Origin: Desulfotalea psychrophila LSv54
GTDB lineage: Bacteria; Desulfobacterota; Desulfobulbia; Desulfobulbales; Desulfocapsaceae
Length of the DNA: 32,000 nucleotides
Direction of reading: 5' to 3'
Assembly (NCBI RefSeq): GCF_000025945.1
Contig: NC_006138.1
Coordinates: forward strand, 210,001-242,000
This document shows, piece by piece, positions 8,639 to 16,425 of this stretch. A program made the translations under genes and the position numbers. The notes under the pieces are model-generated. The model made no database searches. It had not been told where the DNA came from and was given only the letters and a program-made list of their open reading frames with translations. Each line of letters begins with the position of its first letter. Within the stretch, counting starts at the first letter, position 1.

Positions 8639-9440
8639 ATGGAATTTAACAGTAACATCAGATCATTAGGCTTGGCAGTGCTGTTGTTGGCAACACATAG
8701 CACATCTTACGCGCAGAGCAATGCCGACCTTGCCAAGGCAGCACAAAACCCGGTTGCAAAAATGATTAGCCTGCCCTTTCAGTACAATATCAATACTGGA
8801 ATAGGCCCCGATAACGAAACACAAAGCATTCTTAATATACAGCCCGTATTGCCGATATCACTGAACGACGAATGGAATATCGTTACCCGAACCATACTAC
8901 CAATAATGTCTCAGCCTGATACTCTTACGGACGAGGGTCGAATCAACGGCCTTGGAGACACGACTTTTACCGCTTTCTTGTCTCCGGCAAAACCTGACGC
9001 TCTCATCTGGGGAGCTGGGCCTGTATTTCTTTTACCTACTGCAACAGACGACAAACTGGGCTCCGACAAATGGGGGGCAGGAGTATCTGCAGTAATACTG
9101 GCTATGCCAGGTCATTGGGTAATTGGATCATTAGTCAGCAATGTCTGGTCTATTGGCGGTTCAGGCAACCAAGATGTCACTCTTTTTACCTCCAGTACTT
9201 CATTATTATAACCTCCCAAATTCTTGGTCCCTGACCCTGGCACCAATCATTACCGCAAACTGGAAAGCTGATAACGACAACCAATGGCCAGTACCCTTTG
9301 GTGGTGGTGTGGGAAAAATTTTCAAAATAGGCGAACAGCCTGTTAACGTACAGGTCAGTGCTTACAAGAATGTGATAACCCCTGACTTAGGAGCCGACTG
9401 GCAATTCAGAGTACAGTTCCAATTACTTTTTCCAGAGTAA
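8639..9440 (+). pseudogene. outer-membrane beta-barrel channel (MetA-pathway/phenol-degradation-like OMP family), interrupted by a 1-nt frameshift
   Basis: Signal peptide (LGLAVLLLATHSTSYA). The two overlapping ORFs 8639-9211 and 9141-9440 read as a single barrel: ...SGNQDVTLF // LPPVLHYYNLPNSWSLTLAPIITANW...QFQLLFPE. It has alternating beta-strand patterning and a terminal aromatic-type end. The frames rejoin if one T is removed from the T5 run at 9183-9187. Confidence 0.7.
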
Positions 9441-9807
9441 ATAGCACAAGCGAGACAACAGCTAACAAGGCAAGTGCACGTTGCACAATAGACCCAATTA
9501 TATTTTTCTTACAGCCCCGGAGACAATAGGGCCAATCGGCAAAGCCCCCCATGCCGAAACCAGAGCAAGCTCAAGGTAATCGCAAGAGACACTCTTGAGT
9601 TACCAATATGAATCAGGCATGCAAGGAAATGATGGCGAGAGTTTTGCTTTTAGCTGACAAAAGGTGCTAACCTCAGTTGATGTCTGCCAACATAAAAAGA
9701 TAAGAACGACACAAAAGCAGGACAACGGTTGGCCCATCCTGAATCTGGCATCGCCATTTTTGTTTCATTAATCAGTTTTTATTACTAATTTTAAGAGAGA
9801 GAGGATT

Positions 9808-10848
9808 ATGACAAAGAAACGCATAGGCCTGCTACTATTATTAGCGACATTCATGGCATTACCAGCAAGTTCAAATGCCTGCACCAGATCGCTCTACAAG
9901 GCGGGTGATGGCCGTTTTCTAACCGGTAGAAGCATGGATTGGGACACGAACCTCCATAGTAACCTCTGGGTATTTCCCCGCGGCATGGAAAGAAACGGTG
10001 GAATTGACAACAAGTCAATAAAATGGACCTCTAAATATGGTAGCCTTACCGCATCGGCGTTTGGGGCTGCTACGGCTGATGGCATAAACGAAAAGGGGCT
10101 GGTAACAAACCTTCTCTACCTTGTCGAGTCGGATTACGGTAAATCAAATAAACCAACTCTCTCTGTTGGTGCCTGGGCCCAATATGTTCTGGACAACTAT
10201 GCAACTGTAGCAGAGGCCGTGGATGGACTACGCAAGGCACCCTTTCAAATTATTGCACCACTACTGCCAGGCAAGGTAGCCGCTGGCGTCCATTTAGCGA
10301 TATCTGACAGCCAAGGCGACTCGGCAATTGCTGAATATCTCAACGGAACACTCACCATCCATCATGGGAAAGGATACCTGGTGATGACCAACTCGCCAAG
10401 CTTTGACAAGCAGCTAGCCCTCAATGCCTATTGGCAGGAACTTGGTGGGATAACAATGCTCCCCGGCACCAATAGGGCAAGTGATCGCTTTGCCCGGGCA
10501 AGTTTTTATACCAAAAGCACCCCTGCATTTAAAGATGAGCGAATGGCCGTAGGTGCTATTTTCAGTATCATTAGAAACGCTTCCGTGCCCCTAGGTTTTA
10601 CTGATCCCAAACAACCAAATATCGCCACGACTCTCTGGCGCTCGGTTTCAGACCAGAAGAGCCTCACATATTATTTTGAGTCAACAATTTCTCCCAATAT
10701 ATTCTGGGTCGATCTCCACAAATTAGACTTCAACTCTACAGCTCAAGTCAAAGAGCTCAATCTTAATGCTCAACCCATCTTTGCAGGTGAAGTTTCAGCC
10801 AAGTTTGTCCCGGCAAAACCCTTCAAATGGCTTGCCCCAGGCAAGTAA
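9808..10848 (+). CDS. secreted linear-amide C-N hydrolase, choloylglycine hydrolase / penicillin V acylase family (Cys-Ntn), copy 1
   Basis: The signal peptide ends SNA|CTRS, so cleavage exposes Cys as the N-terminal nucleophile. Conserved MTNSPSFD (Asn) and NRASDRFARA (Arg) blocks are typical of this Ntn family. 346 aa. Confidence 0.85.
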   Translation: MTKKRIGLLLLLATFMALPASSNACTRSLYKAGDGRFLTGRSMDWDTNLHSNLWVFPRGMERNGGIDNKSIKWTSKYGSLTASAFGAATADGINEKGLVTNLLYLVESDYGKSNKPTLSVGAWAQYVLDNYATVAEAVDGLRKAPFQIIAPLLPGKVAAGVHLAISDSQGDSAIAEYLNGTLTIHHGKGYLVMTNSPSFDKQLALNAYWQELGGITMLPGTNRASDRFARASFYTKSTPAFKDERMAVGAIFSIIRNASVPLGFTDPKQPNIATTLWRSVSDQKSLTYYFESTISPNIFWVDLHKLDFNSTAQVKELNLNAQPIFAGEVSAKFVPAKPFKWLAPGK

Positions 10849-10868
10849 TAGAGTAAGGACTCGAACCG

Positions 10869-10893
10869 ATAGGCCTGTGCGCCACAGGCCTAT
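10869..10893 (+). terminator. hairpin after hydrolase copy 1
   Basis: ATAGGCCTGT (10869-10878) pairs perfectly with ACAGGCCTAT (10884-10893) across a 5-nt loop. No T-tract follows. Confidence 0.5.
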
Positions 10894-11069
10894 CACCTCC
10901 CTAGCACAACTCTTTACCCCTTGAAAAAAGCCATGGCCCTTCTAGCTCATGGAAAGACATGCAGTTCCATGCTGCCACAATAGCTGCTCAAATTAATCCA
11001 TTAATAAAATTAAAATCTTTTTCCCATCCAAATCCCCCCTAAACCGTGTATCGTACCCTCGCTCCATAT

Positions 11070-12196
11070 ATCAGTTTTTATTACTATTTTTAAGATAGAG
11101 AGAGGATTATGAAAAAGACACGCATAGGCCTGCTACTGTTATTAGCAATATTCATGACATCACCAATAAACTCAGATGCCTGCACACGGTCGCTCTATAA
11201 GGCGGGCGATGGCCGTTTTTTGACCAGCAGAAGCATGGATTGGCAAACGGATCTGCACAGTAATCTCTGGGTCTTTCCCCGGGGCATGAAAAAAGACGGC
11301 GGAATTGACAGCAAGTCAATAAAATGGACCTCTAAATATGGCAGTCTTACCGCATCGGCATTTAGGGCATCCACAGCAGACGGCATGAACGAAAAGGGAC
11401 TGGTCATAAACCTCCTCTATCTTGCCGAGGCGGATTACGGCAAATCAAACAAACCCACCCTCTCAGCAGGTGCCTGGGGCCAGTATGTTTTAGATAACTA
11501 TGCAACGGTGGCAGAAGCCGTGGCTGGCCTGCGCAAGGCACCATTTCAAATTATCGCGCCCCTACTGCCAGGAGATATCGCAGCTGGTATCCATCTCTCA
11601 ATATCCGACAGCCAAGGTGACTCGGCCATTGTTGAATATATCGGCGGCAAACTCATCATTCACCACAGCAAAAAATATCTGGTAATGACCAACTCGCCAA
11701 GCTTTGATCAGCAGCTATCCCTCAATGCCTATTGGCAGGAACTTGGTGGCTTAACAATGCTACCCGGCACCAATAGGGCAAGTGATCGCTTTGCCCGGGC
11801 AAGTTATTACACCATAAGCAGTCCTCCATTTAAAGATGAGCGAATGGCCGTCGGGGCAGCCTTTAGTATCATTCGAAATGTCTCCGTCCCCCTGGGGTTC
11901 AGGGATGCCAAGAAACCCAATATCGCCACAACTCTCTGGCGCTCGGTTTCAGACCAGAAGAGCCTGAAATATTATTTCGAATCAACGACTTCTCCCAATA
12001 TATTCTGGGTAGATCTCCACAAATTAGACCTCAGCACCACAGCCCAAACCAAAAAACTCGACCTGAGCAATCGCCCCATCTTTGCAGGTGAAGTCTCAGC
12101 CAAGTTTGTCCCGGCAACACCATTCAAGTGGCTTGCCCCAAGTAAATGATAAGCTAACGACTCGGAGCAGATAGGCCTGTTGCAATACAGGCCTAT
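11070..12196 (+). repeat. tandem duplication, unit B
   Basis: Same order of RBS region, CDS and hairpin as 9771-10893. The CDS starts are offset by 1301 bp. Confidence 0.85.
11109..12149 (+). CDS. secreted linear-amide C-N hydrolase, choloylglycine hydrolase / penicillin V acylase family (Cys-Ntn), copy 2
   Basis: 346 aa, colinear with copy 1 without indels. By my own by-eye count there are about 60 substitutions. The signal peptide ends SDA|CTRS, and the same MTNSPSFD and NRASDRFARA blocks are present. Confidence 0.85.
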   Translation: MKKTRIGLLLLLAIFMTSPINSDACTRSLYKAGDGRFLTSRSMDWQTDLHSNLWVFPRGMKKDGGIDSKSIKWTSKYGSLTASAFRASTADGMNEKGLVINLLYLAEADYGKSNKPTLSAGAWGQYVLDNYATVAEAVAGLRKAPFQIIAPLLPGDIAAGIHLSISDSQGDSAIVEYIGGKLIIHHSKKYLVMTNSPSFDQQLSLNAYWQELGGLTMLPGTNRASDRFARASYYTISSPPFKDERMAVGAAFSIIRNVSVPLGFRDAKKPNIATTLWRSVSDQKSLKYYFESTTSPNIFWVDLHKLDLSTTAQTKKLDLSNRPIFAGEVSAKFVPATPFKWLAPSK

Positions 12197-12199
12197 TTT
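12171..12199 (+). terminator. rho-independent-type terminator after hydrolase copy 2
   Basis: ATAGGCCTGT (12171-12180) pairs with ACAGGCCTAT (12187-12196) across a 6-nt loop, followed by TTT. Confidence 0.6.
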
Positions 12200-12356
12200 C
12201 CCCCTCAACAAAAGAGAGCATAATGGTGAGCATAACTCTCTCACCCCCTACCCATCCTTGCTCTTTTAGTATCAAAACCAGATCCCCCAGCCCCATAGCG
12301 ACCACGCCCAAAATGCCAAATACACCTTCTTACAAGGTCTTGCCGAAAATCATTTG

Positions 12357-12385
12357 TTGACAAATTATATTTAACAATATAGTAT
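12357..12385 (+). promoter_or_regulatory. sigma70-type promoter upstream of proV
   Basis: TTGACA (12357-12362), a 17-nt spacer, then TAGTAT (12380-12385). It lies about 105 nt upstream of the proV ATG. Confidence 0.55.
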
Positions 12386-12411
12386 TGTCCCATATTATAT
12401 TAACCAATATA
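12364..12411. promoter_or_regulatory. two 18-bp operator-like palindromes, 30 bp centre to centre
   Basis: ATTATATT-TAAC-AATATA (12364-12381) overlaps the spacer and the -10. ATTATATT-AACC-AATATA (12394-12411) lies just downstream of the predicted transcription start. Each is an inverted repeat TATATT-N4-AATATA. Confidence 0.5.
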
Positions 12412-12490
12412 TTTTCCTCCCCAACAAATCATCCCTTTTTCCTAGTATCGAAAAAAGTGGATGGATCTTCCAAAATGTTAAGGCCTCTTT

Positions 12491-13756
12491 ATGAAAAAAA
12501 TAGAAGTGCGTAATTTATACAAGATTTTTGGTCCTGATCCAGACAAGGGAATGAAGCTCCTTGCCCAGGGTATGGACAAGCAGGACATACACGAGAAAAC
12601 GGGCATGACCGTCGGTGTCCAGGATGCCAGCTTCACTATCAACCAGGGAGAAATATTTGTTATCATGGGCCTTTCCGGATCCGGCAAATCTACCCTGGTT
12701 CGTACCCTGAACAGACTTATCGAACCTACCTCTGGCGAAATCCTGGTGGATGGAGAGAATATTCTCAAGATGGATAAGGCTGAATTGGTCACATTTCGCC
12801 GGGCAAAGACAGGTATGGTCTTCCAATCCTTCGCCCTCATGCCCCAGCTCACTGTAATAGAAAATGTCGCCTTCGGCCTCGATCTCGATGGCATGGAGAA
12901 GGAACAGCGCCTTGAACGCGCCCAGGACGCCCTCAATCAGGTAGGTCTTAATGGTTGGGAAAACTCCTACCCCAAGGAGCTCAGTGGTGGCATGCAGCAA
13001 CGGGTGGGCCTTGCCCGCGGACTTGCCGTAGATCCCGACATACTCCTTATGGATGAGGCATTTTCGGCCCTTGACCCCCTGATCCGCACAGAGATGCAAG
13101 ACGAACTCCTCAAGCTACAGGATCAACAAGAACGAACCATCGTCTTTATCTCCCATGATCTCGACGAGGCCCTACGCATAGGTGATCGTATTGCCATTAT
13201 GGAGGGTGGCCGGGTGGTTCAGGTCGGCACCCCGGAAGAGATTCTGCAAAATCCAGCCGATGACTATGTACGAGCCTTTTTTCGCGGAGTTGACCCAACA
13301 GGCGTTATCTCAGCAGGCGATATTGTCCGGGACACCCAACCAACGGTTATCTGGCATACTCCGGCAGGAAGTTTACGGGCAACCCTTGAGCTGCTCAACA
13401 ACAGAGACCGGGAATATGCCTATGTCATAGGGTCAAAACGCACATTTTTTGGTGTCGTTTCAACGGATAGCCTCTGCGATACAATCGAGGCCGATGGCCA
13501 AGGGAAGAATAAGCCCAAAATAGAAGATGCCTTTATTCCTGAAGCCAAGGCAGTGCAGGATGATGAAAGTCTTCAAGATATTCTGAAGAAGGTGGCATCC
13601 CACCCCTGGCCCATTCCCGTGGTTGATGAGGACGGAAAATATCGCGGGGTTGTTTCCAAAAACAGTTTTCTCCGCACCCTCTACCGCGCTGAAAATGGTT
13701 CACATTTTGGCAACAATCCAACAGATGGCACACATGAGGGAGAAGACAAATGCTAA
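12491..13756 (+). CDS. proV: glycine betaine/proline betaine ABC transporter, ATP-binding subunit with C-terminal tandem CBS domains
   Basis: Walker A GLSGSGKST, signature LSGGMQQRVGLA, Walker B LLMDEAFSALD. It is colinear with E. coli ProV as I remember it (EIFVIMGLSGSGKST..., TIVFISHDLDEA...RIGDRIAIM). Confidence 0.92.
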   Translation: MKKIEVRNLYKIFGPDPDKGMKLLAQGMDKQDIHEKTGMTVGVQDASFTINQGEIFVIMGLSGSGKSTLVRTLNRLIEPTSGEILVDGENILKMDKAELVTFRRAKTGMVFQSFALMPQLTVIENVAFGLDLDGMEKEQRLERAQDALNQVGLNGWENSYPKELSGGMQQRVGLARGLAVDPDILLMDEAFSALDPLIRTEMQDELLKLQDQQERTIVFISHDLDEALRIGDRIAIMEGGRVVQVGTPEEILQNPADDYVRAFFRGVDPTGVISAGDIVRDTQPTVIWHTPAGSLRATLELLNNRDREYAYVIGSKRTFFGVVSTDSLCDTIEADGQGKNKPKIEDAFIPEAKAVQDDESLQDILKKVASHPWPIPVVDEDGKYRGVVSKNSFLRTLYRAENGSHFGNNPTDGTHEGEDKC

Positions 13757-14592
13757 ACTTTGAAGATCAGGTGATCCCCCTTGATACATGGATCAATACA
13801 TTTGTAGACTGGTTAGTTGAAGGCTATCGTTGGTTTTTTCAGGCCATAAAATGGCCCATAGAGCAGACACTTTCCGGAGCAGAGAATGGCCTACTTGCCC
13901 TGCCACCGATTATTGTTATTGCAGTGGTATGTCTTATTGCCTGGCGAGTTTCAGGCAAAAGGCTCGCCTTCGGCAGCTTGCTGGCCATGGTCTTTATTGG
14001 CCTTCTCGGCCTGTGGGAAGAGACCATGATCACCCTGGCCATGGTTCTCTCCTCCGTTGTTTTTTGCATGATTGCTGGTATCCCCCTCGGCATTTTGGCC
14101 GGGCGTAGCAATCGCTTTAATACGTTTTTGCGGCCTGTTCTTGATGCAATGCAGACGACTCCAGCCTTTGTCTATCTGGTGCCCATTGTTATGCTCTTTT
14201 CCATTGGTAATGTGGCCGGAGTTATCGCTACCATTGTCTTTGCCCTACCTCCACTTGTTCGCCTGACCAGTCTTGGTATTCGCCAGGTCCATCCTGAGCT
14301 GGTAGAAGCCGCCCTGGCCTTTGGGGCGACGGGATGGCAGGTCCTATTCAAAGTACAAATCCCTCTTGCCCTACCCACCATCATGGCCGGCATTAACCAA
14401 ACCATTATGATGGCGCTTTCCATGGTAGTTATTGCCGCCCTTATCGGAGCAGGTGGTCTTGGCGCTCCTGTTGTACTTGGCCTCAATACTCTTGATATCG
14501 GCGGGGCAACGGTGGGTGGCCTTGGCATTGTTCTTATGGCAATAATTCTCGACCGAATAACCCAGGCCATGGGCAAAAAAAAAGGTAAATAA
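13750..14592 (+). CDS. proW: glycine betaine/proline betaine ABC transporter permease
   Basis: Polytopic BPD-type permease (TPAFVYLVPIVMLF, EAALAFGAT.WQ). Its start overlaps the proV stop by 7 nt. Confidence 0.9.
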   Translation: MLNFEDQVIPLDTWINTFVDWLVEGYRWFFQAIKWPIEQTLSGAENGLLALPPIIVIAVVCLIAWRVSGKRLAFGSLLAMVFIGLLGLWEETMITLAMVLSSVVFCMIAGIPLGILAGRSNRFNTFLRPVLDAMQTTPAFVYLVPIVMLFSIGNVAGVIATIVFALPPLVRLTSLGIRQVHPELVEAALAFGATGWQVLFKVQIPLALPTIMAGINQTIMMALSMVVIAALIGAGGLGAPVVLGLNTLDIGGATVGGLGIVLMAIILDRITQAMGKKKGK

Positions 14593-14628
14593 GAGTCTTT
14601 CACTATTAATTAATTATAAGGAGAAGGA

Positions 14629-15675
14629 ATGCTAAAAAAAATGATCTGTGGAACCCTCATTGTTTCCGCCATGAGCCTTACAGCCCTTACCACCAGCAGC
14701 GCCAGCACCGCCAACACAGAACTTCCAGGCGAGGGTATTAGAGTACAACCAGCCAGAGCTTCCTGGAATACAGGTTTCTTTCAAGAGGCACTGGTACGCA
14801 AGGGCCTCTCCGAACTAGGATACAAGGTGAAAAAGCCTAAGGATCTCTCACCACCAATTTTTTATAAATCCGTTACTCTGGGTGATATAGATTATTGGAC
14901 CAATGGTTGGTTTCCCATGCACGATGCTCAACTTCCCAAAAACTTTGAAGAAAAGGCCCAAAAGGTTGGCTATGTAATCAAGGCTGGAGGTATGCAGGGC
15001 TATATGGTTTCCAAAAAAGAAGCTGACAAATTTGGTATCACCTCCCTGGCCGACTTCAAACGTGAAGAGGTCAAAAAAGCCTTTGATAAAAACAACAACG
15101 GCAAGGCAGATCTTGTTGCCTGTCCCGGTGGCTGGGCCTGTGAAAAGATCATTGATCACCATCTCGATGTCTATGGATTAGAGGATGATGTCACTCCCAT
15201 CAAAGCTTCTTATGAAGCAGCCATGGCAGGTGCACTTGCCGAGTATCGCAACGATGAGCCCGTATTCTTCTACACCTGGGCCCCCAACTGGACCATTTTC
15301 AAGATGAAGCCCGGCAAGGATGTTGTCTGGATTAATGTACCGGAGATAAAACCCACCGAGGCCCAAAAATCGGCTGCTGAACGAATGACCGCTGAAAATA
15401 TTGACGGGGCCGTCTCCAATCCTATCAAGCTCGGCTTTGTGGTCTCCGATGTGCAGATTGTGGCAAATAAAAAATTTCTTGCCAAAAACCCTGCAGCCAA
15501 ACGTTTCTTTGAAGTTTTCACCCTGCCTCTCAGCGACATTAATGAGCAAAACACCCGAATGAACGAGGGTGAAAAGAGCAGGAAAGATATTAATCGTCAC
15601 GCCGACGAGTGGATTGCCAAGCATACAACCCTATGGAACTCATGGCTTAATGAGGCTCGTAAAGCAGTCCAGTAG
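14629..15675 (+). CDS. proX: glycine betaine-binding periplasmic protein
   Basis: Signal peptide, then strong colinearity with E. coli ProX as I remember it (GKADL..CP.GW.CE, PVFFYTW.P.W, KPGKDVVW, IVANK.F..KNPAA, DIN.QN). Confidence 0.9.
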   Translation: MLKKMICGTLIVSAMSLTALTTSSASTANTELPGEGIRVQPARASWNTGFFQEALVRKGLSELGYKVKKPKDLSPPIFYKSVTLGDIDYWTNGWFPMHDAQLPKNFEEKAQKVGYVIKAGGMQGYMVSKKEADKFGITSLADFKREEVKKAFDKNNNGKADLVACPGGWACEKIIDHHLDVYGLEDDVTPIKASYEAAMAGALAEYRNDEPVFFYTWAPNWTIFKMKPGKDVVWINVPEIKPTEAQKSAAERMTAENIDGAVSNPIKLGFVVSDVQIVANKKFLAKNPAAKRFFEVFTLPLSDINEQNTRMNEGEKSRKDINRHADEWIAKHTTLWNSWLNEARKAVQ

Positions 15676-15831
15676 ACTGTTTTTCTTGTACGCTTGGAAC
15701 AGACAGGCTATGGTGTGCCAAATTTCAGTGGTTTTTGAAAAAATTTGGTGTTGGTGTCGCCTCCCCTTGAACTATAAGGGCAAGCAAGGTGGATAATAAG
15801 AGAAAAAACTATCTATATTTCAGGAGAGGAT

Positions 15832-16305
15832 ATGGAGAGTAGTCATGCTAAAATACATAATGTAATCCAGAAGTTACGGGTTATATTCAAGGCCACCCAG
15901 GCCCACTCAAAGTATGTGGAGAAGCTCTGCGGACTTAGCAGTGCAAAGTTATGGATGTTGCATGAGGTTGCCACATCTCCCGGTCTCAAAGTCTCACAAC
16001 TTGCCTCCGTGCTCTCAATCCACCCCTCAACCTGTTCTAATATGCTGGACAAACTGGAGGAGCAGGAGCTGATCTCCCGTGATCGCAGCAAGAAAGATCA
16101 GCGCTCTGTCCACCTCTATGTGACTGAGCAGGGCAAGATCCTCCTGGCCAGGGCACCTCAACCTCCTCAGGGGAAACTTACCAGTGCTCTAAAGGAGTTA
16201 CCCTTTGAGCACCTCACCACCCTGGATGATGAGTTGACCCACCTTGTCTCTGTTCTGGATGTACCCGGCGATAAGGTTGGCCTTACCCCCATTGCCAACG
16301 AGTAG
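15832..16305 (+). CDS. MarR-family winged-helix transcriptional regulator
   Basis: 157 aa with a MarR wHTH core (LWMLHEVATSPGLKVSQLASVLSIHPSTCSNMLDKLEEQELISRDRSKKDQRSVHLYVTEQG). AGGAGAGG RBS. Same strand as proX, 156 nt downstream, with no strong terminator between them. Confidence 0.85.
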   Translation: MESSHAKIHNVIQKLRVIFKATQAHSKYVEKLCGLSSAKLWMLHEVATSPGLKVSQLASVLSIHPSTCSNMLDKLEEQELISRDRSKKDQRSVHLYVTEQGKILLARAPQPPQGKLTSALKELPFEHLTTLDDELTHLVSVLDVPGDKVGLTPIANE

Positions 16306-16313
16306 TGTTCATT

Positions 16314-16339
16314 CCATGCAGATCAGCCGATCTGCATGG
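16314..16339. terminator. perfect 11-bp hairpin between convergent marR and the MscS-family gene
   Basis: CCATGCAGATC (16314-16324), loop AGCC, GATCTGCATGG (16329-16339). No T-tract on either side. Confidence 0.5.
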
Positions 16340-16425
16340 ATTCCTCTCCCCCCGCCTTGTTCACCGCTAAAGCAAAATAAAATACTAGCAACAAAGAAGC
16401 TCGATTATTTCTGCGAGAGAAACGG

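Larger units (their letters stand above)
9771..10893 (+). repeat. tandem duplication, unit A (RBS region + hydrolase CDS + terminator hairpin)
   Basis: Colinear with 11070-12196. The shared upstream is ATCAGTTTTTATTACTA..TTTTAAGA.AGAGAGAGGATTATG, and the shared downstream is GACTCG...GATAGGCCTGT-loop-ACAGGCCTAT. Confidence 0.85.

Noticed and set aside
9808-9885. Reading the ...SSNAC / ...NSDAC junctions of the two hydrolases as lipoprotein lipoboxes
   Set aside because: The -3 position is Ser rather than Leu, Val or Ile. In addition, an Ntn hydrolase needs the Cys alpha-amine free. SNA|C and SDA|C fit signal peptidase I cleavage, which exposes the nucleophile.
7733-12209. A 10-bp direct repeat CCCCCTCAAC at 7733-7742 and 12200-12209, bracketing the accessory-looking segment; possible island borders
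   Set aside because: The repeat is short and was found post hoc. No integrase, tRNA or transposase lies within or beside it. The left copy sits 40 bp upstream of the cyclase ATG, which would place that gene's promoter inside the supposed insert. I treat it as coincidence unless comparative genomics shows an empty site.
12478-13099. 152-aa and 194-aa ORFs on the minus strand
   Set aside because: Both are antisense to proV, whose Walker A, signature and Walker B motifs are unambiguous.
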